In this document: in pieces, positions 39,749 to 56,560 of the stretch
Layout of the letters: each line of letters begins with the position of its first letter
Position numbering within the stretch: the first letter of the stretch is position 1
Origin: the human T2T-CHM13v2.0 reference genome, Homo sapiens
Length of the DNA: 64,000 bases
Assembly: GCF_009914755.1 (NCBI RefSeq)
Contig: NC_060948.1
Reading direction: 5' to 3' (one strand)
Position numbers and translations under genes: made by a program
The notes under the pieces: generated by a model
Told to the model about the DNA's origin: nothing
Seen by the model: the letters and a program-made list of their open reading frames with translations, nothing else
Databases searched by the model: none

Positions 39749-40488
39749 GTATCTATCCCTGGAGGCTTGATTTGGCAGGTTATGAGTGGGAACCAGGAAT
39801 CTCTCTAGATGAATCTGATGAGATGATGGATTTGGAAAAATAAAGGTCTGTATTATTCCAAGATGGTATGAAAGCTTCTATACTCCACTGGGGACATGGG
39901 GTTGGGTAATTACCCTATTAATGACCCTATGATGCTCCCTGTGTTAGTATGTTTGTTTGAATTTTCTCCAATTAATTTTGCCTTTTGTGAGTTGATTTTT
40001 CAGAGCAAAAAGGGAATGTTTTCCCATGGCCTCTGCAAGGATAATAAATTCAGATGTAACATAAAAAATTTTGGAAATTTTGGGAGAATTTATACTTTTA
40101 AATATCCAAGAATTTGTCTTAGGAAAAAAAAAGGAATAGTATTGGAAGGAGGATGCAGGAAGAATGAGAGAGAAACAGAGATACAGAGATTGGGGAAAGT
40201 GAGGTTGAAGGAGGGTTTGTACACATCTGACATGCTGGAGAGATAGTGAGGAGATCAATTGGGGGAATGTGAGCTTAGGCAGTTCTAGTGTGTGCCTATT
40301 CGAGACACTGGTGAAATAATGGAATTATCTTTTTAGAGCTTCTCTGGATATAGGAGATGGTTTCCATTTGAATGGAATGCTGCCATGCTGAGCCAGGAAA
40401 TAAGGCTTTCCTTAAAGGTGCCTTATAGATCATCAACCTTTTGAAAAACTTGCCAATCAGTGACCTTGCTGCATCTGCACTCAACTAT

Positions 40489-40530
40489 TTAGGTTGGTGC
40501 ACAGGTAATTTAAGTTTTGCCATTACTTTC
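40489..40530. mobile_element. MADE1 (Hsmar1 MITE) left half
   Basis: ttaggttggtgcacaggtaatt...ttttgccattacttt. Confidence 0.85.
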
Positions 40531-40544
40531 TTCCTTTTCTTTTT

Positions 40545-40790
40545 AATTTGATGATTTTTAGTAAATTTACCAATCTGTGTGGTTATCAACACAATCCAGT
40601 TTTAGAACATTTCCATCACTCTGGCAAGATGCTGTATGCCAATTTACAGTTAATCCTTGTTCCTGTTCTCTGTCTCAGAAAATCGCTATTCTCTGTTGTC
40701 TTTAGAAGTTTGCATTTTCTGAACATTTTAAAAATGGAATCATGCAATATGTAGGTTTTTGTGTGTGCCTTCTTTAGTTCAGCACAATGT
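40545..40790 (-). mobile_element. Old L1M (MB/ME) 3' UTR fragment, probably transduced by the adjacent L1PA
   Basis: atccagttttagaacatttccatcac, aaatggaatcatgcaatatgtag; lies inside the L1PA TSDs. Confidence 0.75.
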
Positions 40791-41006
40791 TTTTTTTTTA
40801 TTATTATACTTTAAGTTCTAGGGTACATGTGCACAATGGGCAGGTTTGGTACATAGGTATACTTGTACAATGTTGGTGTGCTGCAACCATTAACTCATCA
40901 TTTACATTAGGTATTTGTCCTAATGCTATCCTTCCCTCAGCCCCCTACCTCAACACAGGCTCCAGTGTGTGATGATCCCCACCCTGCGTCCAGGTGTTTT
41001 CTCTGT

Positions 41007-44868
<3,862 letters not shown>

Positions 44869-44931
44869 TATGATGTTATGTGGTTATTTTGCCCATTAAT
44901 TGATACAGTTTCTTCCTAGCATCAATGGTCT

Positions 44932-45953
44932 TTACAGTTTGGCATGCTTTTGCAGTGGCTGGTACCAGTTGTTCTTTTCCATGTTTAGTGCTTCCTTCAG
45001 GAGTTCTTGTAAGGCAGGCCTAGTGGTGACAAAATCTCTTAGCAATTGCTTGTCTGTAAAGGATTTTATTTCTCCTTCATGTATGAAACTTAGTTTGGCT
45101 AGGAATGAAATTCTGGGTTGAAAATTCTTTCCTTTAAAAATGTTGAATTTTGGCCCTCACTCTCTTCTGGCTCGTAGAGTTTCTGACAAGAGATCCACTG
45201 TTAGTCTGATGTGCTTCCCTTTGTAGGTAACCCAACCTTTCTCTCTGGCTGCCCTTAACATTTTTTCCTTCATTTCAACCTTGATGATTCTGACAATTAC
45301 ATGTCTTCAAGTTGCTCTTCTCGAGGATTATCTTTGTGGTGTTATCTGTATTTCCTGAATTTGAATGTTGGCTGGACTTGCTAGATTGGGGAATTTCTCC
45401 TGGATAATATCCTGAAAATTGTTTTCCAACTTGGCTCCATTCTCCCTGTCACTTTCAGGTACTCCAATAAAATGTAGATTTGTTCTTTTCACATATTCCC
45501 ATATAGTTTGGAGGCTTTGTTCATTTGTTTTTACTGTTTTTTCTCTAAAGTTCTCTTCTCACTTCATTGCATTGATTTGATGTTCAATCACTGATACCCT
45601 TCCTTCCACTTGATCAAATTGGCTATTGAAGCTTGTGCCTGCATCGTGTAGTTCTTGTGCCATGGTTTTTAGCTCCATTAGGTAATTTAAGGAGCTACAC
45701 TGTTCATTCCAGTTAGCCATTCATCTAATCTTTTTTCAAGGTTTTTAGCTTCCTTGCAATGGGTTTGAACATCCTCCTTTAGTTTGGAGAAGTTTGTTGT
45801 TACCAACCTTCTGAAGGCTACTTCTGTCAGTTAGTCAAAGTCATTCTCCATTCAGGTTTGTTCCATTGCTGGCAAGGAGCTGCAATCATTTGGAGGAGAG
45901 GAGGTGCTCTGTTTTTTAGAATTTTCAGCTTCTCTGCTCTGGTTTCTCCCTAT
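44932..45953 (-). pseudogene. Disrupted L1 ORF1
   Basis: Expected position upstream of ORF2; start codon reads ATA (tat at 45951-45953); terminal stop at ~44932; no long ORF left. Confidence 0.8.
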
Positions 45954-46553
45954 CTTTGTGGTTTTATCTACCTTTGGTCTTTGATGTTAGTGACCTACAG
46001 ATGGGGTTTTGGTGTGGTTCTCCTTTCAGTTATGTTGATGCTCTTCCTTTCTGTCTGTTTAGTTTTCCTTAAAATGGTCAGGTCCCTCAGCTGCTGGTCT
46101 GTTGGTGTCTGCCGGAGGTCAACTCCAGACTGTATTTTCCTGGGTATAACCAGTGGAGGCTGCAGAACAGCAAATATTGCAGAACAGCAAATATGGCTGC
46201 CTGATCCTTCCTCTGGAAGCTTCATCCCTGAGGGGCATCTGCCTGTAGGAGGTGTCAGTCAGCCCCTACCGGGAGGTGTCTCCCATTTAGGCTACACTGG
46301 AGTCAGGGACCCACCTGAGGAGGCAGTCTGTCCATTCTTAGAGCTCAAATATCGTTCTGGGAGAAAGACTGTTCTCTTCAGAGCTGTCAAACTGGGACAT
46401 TTAAGTCTGAAGAAGTTTCTGCTGCCTTTTGTTCAGCTATGCCCTGCCTCCAGAGGTGGAGCCTACAGAGGCAGTAGGCCTGGCTGAGCTGCGGTGGGCT
46501 CCATCCAGTTCAAACTTTCCTGGCTGCTTTGTTTACCTACTCAAGCCTCAGCA

Positions 46554-46742
46554 ATGGCGGATGCCCCTCCCGCCAGCAGGCTGCTACTTTGCAGGTCGAT
46601 CTCAGGTTGCTGTGCTAGCAGTGAGCAAGGCTCCTTGGGCATGGGAACTACCTGCCAGACATGGAATATAATCTCCTGGTGTGCCATTTGTAAGACCGGT
46701 AGAAAAGCACAGTATTTGGGAGGGAGTGTCCCGTTTTTCTAG
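46554..46742 (+). other. L1 antisense ORF0 remnant (62 codons open)
   Basis: gcaATGg start; MADAPPASRLLLCRSISGCCAS resembles the ORF0 N-terminus MAGAPPPASLPPCSLISDCCAS as recalled; C-terminal half diverges. Confidence 0.65.
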
Positions 46743-46990
46743 GTACCATCTATCATGGCTTCCCTTGGCTAGGAAAGGGAAATCCTGTGACCCGTTGCAC
46801 TTCCCAGGTGAGGCAATGCCCTGCCCTGCTTCAGCTCACCCTCCATGAGCTGCACCCACTGTCCAACAAGAACCAGTCAGATGAACAAAGTACCTCTGGT
46901 GGAAATGCAGAAATCACCCGTCTTCTACATCAGTCATGCTGGGAGCTGCAGACCGGAGCTGTTCCTGTTCAGCTATCTTGGAACAGACCC

Positions 46991-47040
46991 TGCCATTACT
47001 TCCAGTGGCAAAAACTGCAATTACTTTTGCAACAACTTAA
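46991..47040. mobile_element. MADE1 right half
   Basis: tgccattacttccagtggcaaaaactgcaattacttttgcaacaacttaa. Confidence 0.88.
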
Positions 47041-49224
47041 ACTTCAGCTCTTTCTTTCCTGAATTGAAATTATTTGTCCATGAGTCAGATCTGTCCTCAG
47101 CACCTCACCTTTGTCCCCTGACTCCCATTGCAGTTTGGCTTCTCATGCTTATTATTATAACTGATGCCAAAAGGCAAAGTCTTCTCATGTCTTTTGCACC
47201 CAGGGTAGCAAGATGCAGGACCATGTAAAATGTTAATAGTGTGTCTGTAATACACACACAGCCACATATAGCACCATCTTTATGAAGGCTTAAGATGATG
47301 TAGTCATTTTCCTTGTCATTTCCATGGGAAGCTGCTCTTGGTCACACAGGGAAGGCCCCAGTTCCCTATCCAAAGTGGCATCAAGGAGATGCTATAACAA
47401 AAAATGAAATGCAATTAGGGACCTGCTATTCCTATTCGAATGCTTAATATCAGCCTCATGGTTGGCACTATCCATCCCAGATGCCAGCCAATGTAGCAAA
47501 TTGTGTAGGTGATCCCAGCGTCTGAACCTAGCTGAACACAGTTGGCTAGCTCATTCCCCCTGTATATTAGGAACTGAACGTGGGATTGTATCATCACCTT
47601 GGAATGGCCACTGAGAGGTGTCCCAGTGCCGTTGTGAGAGGCGGCCTGCTGGGTTTTGAGAATGGCACAGCCAATTCATGCACATGTCTGCCGGAATCAA
47701 CAGGGAAGGGGTTTTCTGGCTCTTCTCCTGACCTTCAGCATGTGTAGAGGTTCTGAGGAGAGAGGAGTGCTTGATGAAGCTCTCAGAGTCTTTTGCATCC
47801 ATATGGCCAGTATTTTAGCTTTTCTAGCTGCAAATGGTATTCCTGCTCAAATACATGTCCTTTTATTCTATAAAAAAAGTGAAATGTTCCTTTTTTGTTG
47901 AAATTGCAACTATATGGGAAAGTTATTTTTGCTTTGGAACAAACTGATAGGGAAGAAAAATCATCCCAAGGGGCCACCTCAACTGGTATCTAACTCCTTT
48001 GCAAGCTGGAAATAATTGAAAGAAAGGGCTTCTGCTATAGACTAGAGATCCTCAGAAACTAAAATGCATATAGTGTTCACTGCACAAATGCCTTCAATGC
48101 ACCCCCCTTAGTTTCTATCACATTGCCATCCCAATTATTCAACACTGCCAGAGATGTGTTCTGTAGAATTGTCATGAACTGTCGGTTAAACTGAGATGCT
48201 TTAAAGTGTCAATGGCAAAAGTTTGTTCCTTCAAATTTGCTCAAAACTATGCACATGCAAACTTTAGTGGGTGGGCTCTCACATTTATCATTAATCCATG
48301 TCTTAGTGATTTATTATTATCGATATGAGCATGACATATCCATATGAGTGTGTCAAAACTATAGCTATAAATACAGATGTGCATATTGGTGTTGAGAATG
48401 GAACCAGCAATAGCTGGTTATGATTTTTGAGGACATTCACTGGAACGTTGCATTCACAAAATGTCTGTAATCCTTCCTCAATTTCTGAGACTTGCTGCAA
48501 ACTCATAAAAGCAAGTGAAGGATAGGCTAATTTTCAGGACAATATAATATGGCTGATTTTATGCAAAATTAATTACAGCATTACAGACAGAACTGTTCTT
48601 TGCCCAAGTGGTTTTCTCATCTGCCCGCAAAATCATTTTATCCCTTCCCGTTGTCAGCATCCTGGGCTTTATTGGTATCATTCAAACCACTTCATCATCA
48701 TTAACAAACTGGACTGTGGGCACCATCTCGGCCAGGTCGGTACTTTCCTCTGCCTTCCTTCTACTGGTACTGAGATAAAGAAGAAATTCTGTCTTCTACT
48801 TTAAGAATCCATACTGAAGGAAGGGCATGGTCCAAAGTCCACAGTTGTTTTATCCATACCAATAGAAGTACTGAGGGCAAAGATGATGCAGCACATGATG
48901 ACTCAGAGCCCTTCCATATGTGTTTGAGATGTCTGTGCTTACCAATATTGCATGAAGTACATCCTGTTTCTCAGGCTCTGGATTCATGAAACAGAGCTGG
49001 GAAAATGGAGCTCTGGAAATGGCTGATACTTGATTTAAAGGTTAAATTAAAACTAGGAGTACAGCAAGGGTAAGATTTCCCATGGTAGCTACATGATGGG
49101 CTAAATGTATCCTCAAGTTTTCTCTGTAGAAGTTGGTTCCATTCTTAATCACAAAGTGATCCACAGGTCCAGTCAATAAGGCAATGGGAGCAGTCTCTTG
49201 ACTGCAAAGCATATTAGGATGTGA

Positions 49225-49385
49225 GAATCACTATGGAGCACATGTGTATGATTCTGGTTTCCACTGCCAGAACCCCTGGGTTCAAAATTTGACACTGCCA
49301 GGAACTGCTCATTTGAAGAATTACAGCAATGTGCTGGGCTTCCATTGCTTTCTCTCTGAAATGAGGGTATTTAGAGCATGCTATT
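49225..49385 (+). mobile_element. MIR SINE
   Basis: cctgggttcaaaatttgacactgcca...tttctctctgaaatgaggg. Confidence 0.6.
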
Positions 49386-49416
49386 GTTTCTGGAATATTA
49401 CATTTGAGTAAGGGAG

Positions 49417-50045
49417 AGATTTCCTCTTCTGGACAAGAAAGAATAACATAGATTGGCTTAACTCTCCTAACTGAAACAACCAGAAAAACAAACAAAATAT
49501 ATGAAAAAGTGGTTTCCTGAGTCTAGAAATAGGACAATGAAGGACAGTGCTCCCTGAGAGCCAGGAAATGAACAAGGTGAGCACCATGTTTGACACAGCT
49601 GACTGCCTTGACAGGGCTGTAGGACACACAAACCACTGGGGAAAGAACCATCTGAAATAGAGAAAATAGTGTGTGGTGCTCACACAGGGCTGGAAAGAGT
49701 GCCCGTTTCCACCAGCCAGACTAAAAAAAAACCTTGTAATTCATGAGCCATTTGGCTAGACTACTCAGAAAGGTCTTGTGTGAATAGTGGGGAATATTTA
49801 TCTGCAGTCTGAGTCCTGCTCTGAATCTTCCCAATGATTCGCAATAGCAAGGCTCCAACATGCCAAATATCTCCAAGTAAATTAACCTAAAGTGAGCAGA
49901 TTGCTCAAATATATTTGGAGGAATACAAAAATATCTGGCATACTAAAAAGAAGATTCATAGCGTTTGGCATCCAATCAAAAATGTCTAGGCATGCAAAGA
50001 AGCAGGAAAAGCTCATCAGCGGACACTGACCCACAATGGATGCAT
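49417..50045 (+). mobile_element. Old L1M 5'-end fragment
   Basis: acaatgaaggacagtgctccctgagag...aacaaggtgagc; tggcatccaatcaaaa...aggcatgcaaagaagcaggaaaa. Confidence 0.65.
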
Positions 50046-50059
50046 ATGTGAGATCATAT

Positions 50060-51190
50060 TTTTGGGTCTCAAGATTTTGCCCTTTGTTTCCTTCTCAAAG
50101 TCTTGTGGTTTTAGGTTTTATATAAAGGTCTATGATCTATCTTGAGTAACATTAGGATGCATGTATGTTTATTTATGTGTATTATTTGTAGGCATGAACT
50201 GAAGTTTATTTTTTTGCATATGAATATCCAGTTGTTCCAACACCATTTGTTGAAAACACTATCCTTTTTTCACCGAATTGCTTTGTACATTTGCCAAAAT
50301 CAGTTGTGCATATATGTGTCTATGCTATTCCATTGATCTAATTTGTCTATCTTTATGCCAATACCACACTCTTTTGATTACTACAGCTTTCTAACACAGC
50401 TTGAAATCAAATAGCATTAGTCTTCCAATGTTGTTCTTTTTTTTTTCAAAGTTTAACATCTTAACATTATTAGGTCTTCCAACAAATGACCAATTTATAT
50501 CTCCTCATTTACTTACATCTCCTTTTATTTCTCTCAAGAATACTTCTGTAGTTCTCAGGGTGCAGCTCTTATACATATCTTTCAAATTTGTTCCAGAATA
50601 TTTCATATTTCTGATGCTATCAAAAATGGTATTAATTACTTTAAATTTTGATTGTTCAACTAGTACATAAAAATAGTACATTATTTTTGTATATTGAACT
50701 TGTGTCCTGTCACTTTGCTAAACTCAATTTGTAATAGTTCTAGTAGCTTTTTTGGGTATTCAAATTGGATTTTTGTTTATGCTGTCTATGCATAAAGATG
50801 GCTTTACCACTTGTTTTGTAATCTGAGTGCCTTCTATTTTTATTTTGTTACTGCACTAGTTCTGATTGCTAGTAAAATGTTGAATAGAATGGGGAAAGTG
50901 GGCATTTGTATTTTGTTCCTGAATTTAAAGAAAAGTATTCAGTTTTTACCATTAACAAGAATTTTAGATTTTTAGTAGATTCCCTTTATCAGGTTTGTTG
51001 AAAGAGTTCCTTTCTATTCCTACTCAGCTGTAGGATTTTAATCATGGCTGGAGATGGGGTTTTTAAAAAATGCTTTTTCTACATCTGTTGAGATGGCCAT
51101 GTTGTTGGATATTTTTGCTTTTCCCTCATTTTAGTTTGACAATATTGTGGTTAACACTGATTGGTCTTCAAATGTTTTGAAACAATATTA
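50060..51190 (-). mobile_element. Old L1M ORF2-region fragments
   Basis: atatccagttgttccaacaccatttgttgaaaa, tatgccaataccacact, aatgttgaatagaatgg. Confidence 0.85.
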
Positions 51191-52947
51191 TATTTCAAAT
51201 TACTTCTTACTTCTGTGATATAACCTAGGATTCTTTGTCTGAGTGTCTGTGCATGATTAAATAGATCACAGTATCACATTCTGCCAGGACCCACATGGCT
51301 GCAATGTACTCTTTTACTAGCAGAGTAGCACCTGAATCTGAGCAATGCCTCAGAGGCGATGGAACTGAACAGGAGTGAATCTGCCTGGGCATGAAGGGCT
51401 CTCTTAGAAAATAGTGTGATTGCAGTTTATGTTCTCGGGTGTAATTACGTAGGAGGATTTTTTCAGTCTTCTGTAAGCAGGAAGACAGTGTTCCCCACTA
51501 CTCAGAGAACTGTTGTAGGTGTTCTTCCTGTTTTTTTTAAAATGAGAGCTGTGGCCAGCCTGTCAGAGCACATCCTCTTCTCTCGGGCACATTCGGGATT
51601 TGCTTACTGGTCTGTTCACCTTGATAGAAGTTACTCTTCTCTGTCTGCTATATAAATTAACTCCATTCGGTGGAATTTCTATTTCCCAAAATTCCGCTTC
51701 TGTCTTAAAATCTTTTCCAAGTATGGCTTCTCTTTACATATTTGGTGCACACTTCAGTGATTACAAAGGTACTCCAAGGTCCTGCCATGATACTGAACAA
51801 AATTCAGCTGCAGCAAAAGTGATCAAGGAAGGCAGCAAAGGATTATCATTGTGGAGATGTAGTACAACCTTCCAGCTGTGAAACCTTGCACACATCACTG
51901 CATATATCTGTGCCTGACTTTTCTGAACCTGAATTACTCAGTGAACAGGGCACCTTGCAGTTTGAATGACCCTCAAGCTCTCAGAACTTCTCCAACTTTA
52001 AATCACCTTATTCTAAGAGAGAACTGTATTTGCTAACCCCAAGGGAGACAAGCTTGTCACTTCAGCCTTCCCTTTATTTAAAAAAGGTAACTTGTGCTAA
52101 TTCTCCAGTACATAGCACTTAAGTCATTTCATCACAGAAAGATCTTTAGGGGTAAAGTGATAAATATACTATGTCAACTTGGAACATTTATTTAGCACTT
52201 TTCACTGTGAAAACTTCAGATTTCTCAGGTCAGCAAAGACAGGCTTTTGTTTAATCGTTTTGCATCATCAGATATCAATCTGCAGGGTGGAGGACACATC
52301 ATTTAGGAAAAGGTGAAAGGGAAGGTAGGGACACCTCATTTAACAGAAATTTCTGCTGAAGCCCTAAGTTAGTGTGTTGGTCTTCCCCATAAGCCTTCTG
52401 GCTTTTAGAGAACAGAAACTGCTTATTCTTTTATTAAGCTGGGGGAGGACTTCTAAACTGCATAACCTCTCAGAACTATAAATGTGTATTGTTTCTATCC
52501 ATCTGGACCTTCCCAAGGCCCCAGCAGCCTGCCCAAGGCTTCATTATCCTTGTAACAATCATGGCACAGTATTGATGGGAAGAAAAGCTGCTGGCTCGTG
52601 CTCCTTGCCTACAGGGAATGGTGCTGATTCCTGTTGCAAATCAGATTCATTATCAGAGGCCCATCAAGTCACAGTGTCCCCTTCCCTGCTGTCTCTTGGG
52701 CCTGCAATGTCAAAGACGTGGCAGAAATGCCACTATTCGCTACTCCTCTGCTTTGGCCAGATGCACTGATGGATCATTCAATTCTTTGACACAGATCTGT
52801 GCCCTCAGCTCCTTCTGATAGAGTGCCAGATATCCAGCGTCACCTTTGCAGTTTGGGAAGTGGCCCCCAGCATCCACCCTGTGCACTTTCCTTGATCTTG
52901 TCCATGGTGCTGAGATTCTGTGTGGCCCCCATGCCAATGATCTCGCT

Positions 52948-53227
52948 CTGTGGGTCTCCATCCAGGGTGATGCCTGCCCTCCTACCACCTGTGAACATTT
53001 GGTAATATCTAGAGACATTGTTGGTTTCCATCATTGGGAGCAGGTGCAACTGACATGTAGTAGGAAGAGGCCAGGGACGATACTATGCATTCCATGTTGC
53101 ATAGACACCCTCCCACAGAAAACAATAATCTTGTTAAATGTCAGTAGTGCTGATGGTACACAGATGATGTCTCACAGCACAGAATGATCTTCCTAAATGT
53201 CAGTAGCACCAAGGCTGGGGAACCCTG
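52948..53227. mobile_element. MER20 hAT-Charlie element with duplicated subterminal segment
   Basis: acatttggtaatatctagagacatt, gaggccaggga, taaatgtcagtag twice, terminal gaaccctg. Confidence 0.8.
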
Positions 53228-53816
53228 GTGTGTCCGACAAGGAAACCTGGGATTCTCTCTCCTCTAGGATTGGACTCTGTCCCATGGTGCTGTCTGCAAT
53301 GACTGGGATTTTGATACCTAAATCTTCCCGGAGGAAGAAATCTTTCCTCAGGAAACTTAATTATCCTGCCAATGCTCACCAGCTGGAGTTTGACTTCGTA
53401 TTTTTGTTGGTTTCCAAGAAACCTCTCATTGCATTCCCTCAGGTATCCATGATACTCAAACCATGCATGTGTATAGCACACTATGTTTAGCTTGCACAGC
53501 ATCTCATGCCAGAACCATTTATGGCAGATTGTTTCAGCTCATTCTCCCATCGCAGGCCTGCTCCCCTATGCCTAGTTACCAGCAGGTCTCCCAGTTGAGC
53601 CTGCTGCATCAGGATAAAACTGTGGCCACAAGCCAACACTGAACACTGCCACCTGCAGAAGCTGGCTCAAGTGCTGCCTGCTAACAACCGAATAAGTAAA
53701 TTTTTGCTGCAGAACCAACCATGTATACAGGTCTTCAATATCTTTCTGAGCTTATCCTAAGAGAGCTTTTTCACACTTCATTTGCAAAGCAGGATGACAC
53801 ATATATGTCTTAAGTA

Positions 53817-53817
<1 letters not shown>

Positions 53818-53867
<50 letters not shown>

Positions 53868-53895
53868 TATATATATATACACACAGAGAGAGAAT
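53818..53895. repeat. Compound (TA)n(CA)n(TA)n(CA)n(GA)n microsatellite; AT-rich tract continues to ~54150
   Basis: Directly visible. Confidence 0.95.
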
Positions 53896-54354
53896 ATATA
53901 TTATATAAACAGAATATATATATTCCCAATAAAGGGAATATATTATTTTATTTATAGACTATATATATAGACACTATTATTCTATATATAGCATATATAG
54001 AGAAGTCTATATATTGTCCTAGCAAACTCATACAGACTTATTATTCTCTATATAGTCTAAATATTAACAGACTACTATTATGAATAGTCTACTATTATTA
54101 GTAGTCTACTATTATTAGTAATAATAAACTATATATGGAATTACAATATAGTCATCTAAGATTTAAGTTTTATTTGTCTTCATGTTCTTTGTCAGACAAT
54201 GATCTGTAAATAAGTACTACAATGTTGTCATGTTGCATATGTAAACACTATTTGATGTTTGTTTAAACATGACTTTAAGTAATGTTGTAAAAATGACTAC
54301 TGTGGTATGTGTGTGTTTTATTGCTAATTAGTACTTTTGTTTATATTATTCATT

Positions 54355-54424
54355 GATCCATCCGTCTGTCCGTCCATCTCTATCTCTACCTCTATCTATC
54401 TATCTATCCATATCTATCTATCCG

Positions 54425-54470
<46 letters not shown>
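54355..54470. repeat. Compound (TCTA)n microsatellite with 11 pure units at 54427-54470
   Basis: Counted directly. Confidence 0.95.
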
Positions 54471-54471
<1 letters not shown>

Positions 54472-56560
54472 TCCTGCCTTCCTCCTGCTCTCCCTTCATC
54501 CAACCATCCACCTGCCCACATCCACCTACCTACAAGTAAGCCAGATGTTGTGCTGCATTGAGTTAAGTAATAGTGCTGATGTGGGGGTCAGTATCTCCTG
54601 TAAACTGCAGTTTTAAGGTTTTACTGAATCAATAGTGCTGTGAAAATCAAACTATAAAACCTATACTGATATAAACTGTTTACAACAAAATCCTCTAGAG
54701 TTACAAGATAGGTAATGAATGAACTGCACCTCTAAGTTGGTTCTCTCATTTGTAGAGAAAAGCCTTTGAAAAACTTCAGGATTTAACAACTTGGTTGAGG
54801 GGTGGCAGGAAAGCTTCCTAATGAATTCTCTCTGTGTCATTTTATTCATAAAAAGCACATGACGGGCATTCTTAGCATGCATATCAAAGTGTATATACGT
54901 AAATTAAGCAGTGAGCAAAAGACTTTAAGACAGCTCAGAAAACCTTCCCGATTTCCTCTTTTAATGGTGCAGATACCGTGTCCACCATCTGTCAGACAGC
55001 AGTGAAAACCCAGCAAGGCCCTGAAAGGGGCTGACTGTCTTAGAGTCAAAAACAAACCTCAAGTTTCTAGATGGTCACTAGAAATCATTTTCTTTTTCCA
55101 CTTCCTCTGGGTAAATTGTGTTAATTCATTTTCCATAGTCTTCTGCATGAGACTTATGATCTGCAGGTGTGACAGAAGGCCCTATCAGTTTTGTGTGTTT
55201 AGAGGGACACTATGACTTCAGACAGACTCAGGAAGATTAGCCATGTACAGGAATAAAATGCTCTAACCTGTAGAGCAGCAAGTTGTGTTTATTTTCAACA
55301 GCACATTTGATTATAGAAAAAACACATTTAGATGCCTTAGATGAGACCTGCTTGTGGTATGCTTGCTGTATAACATGACTACACACACTGTTAGGACAGC
55401 AAAAGCACAGTGAAGTTTTGCCTGCCTTTGAGAGAAGCTACAGAGGAGGCTTCCCCAAACAGGATTATCATGGCACAAAGAGAGTTCCTTTGCTGGCCTG
55501 TGTGAGTGATTTTTCCATGTCATCTCCAAATGTGCCATGTAGAAGAAGCTGCCATTTATAATGAGAACTGATAAACAGAGAGAAAAGCACCTAAGAAATT
55601 CATTGGACCTGAAGGGGATTAAAAGACTTCATGATTAAATGAGCTAGTGGATGAGCTAATGAGCTGTCTGTATGGTGAGCATGTGGTAGCTGGCAATGCA
55701 GAGGCCTCTCTTTGGTCCTCTCCTTGGTCCTTTCCATCCCAACACCCTTTGTGCATGGCCCAGAAACCTACTCAACAGGAGATGAGAGGCCGTTAAAAGA
55801 GGAATAGTGGACCAGGGATTCATCCATCAGTATTTCCTCCACATAAAGCACAGGGCACAGTGCCATCTTAGAATTTCTCTAGTCAAGCATAAAGAAGATA
55901 TTTGAAGGCAAGCCATGTGAAGAGTAATTATGAGAAGATGGATGTTCATTCTTTTCTGAGATTTGCTGTTTTTCTCTTGCATTTAGTGAAATTATTTCTT
56001 CACTTCTCTGCATTTGATAGAGTGCAGAAGGGCCCCATGCCTCTACTTTGTGTTTTCCCAGAGACCATGGTGCCCCAAGAATGGCTCAGCTCTGGCTTAA
56101 TTCTGCAAAACAGTATAGGGACTCATATGCATGCAATCTGTGTCTAGGTCTCTGTGAGTCAGTGAACTTGAGATCAACACAGCAATGCCTCAAGTTCCCC
56201 AAGAATAACAAGCTGCTCTCCATCAGAGGCAGAGAGACTCTGCCGCCAACTGTAATCCCTGGAAACTAGTCTGGAGGAACACAGGCAGCTATGGGTCTGT
56301 GAAGAAGACAGAACACTTACTGTGCTGTGACCTGGCCAAAGCACAGCTCCACCTCCTATCAAAGCTGATGATGCACCCAAGGGAAGGGAAGAGCTTGAAA
56401 GTGGAAAAGACAGCCTCTCTATCAGCATCTCTGCAGCTGTAGTGGCAGGAGACAGAGACAGGGATCATGAGAATAGGGGTCAGATTTGGTTTTGTGCAAT
56501 AACACAGAAGGGGAGTGCCTTCTGCATTTGCAGGGAAGTTACAGGAAAAGAAAAATAAGG

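Noticed and set aside
39208-39843. 211-aa ORF
   Set aside because: L1 ORF2 fragment with deletions running into flanking DNA; not a host gene.
45858-46487. 209-aa plus-strand ORF
   Set aside because: Antisense reading of the L1 5' UTR/ORF1 junction with a non-ATG start; no independent support.
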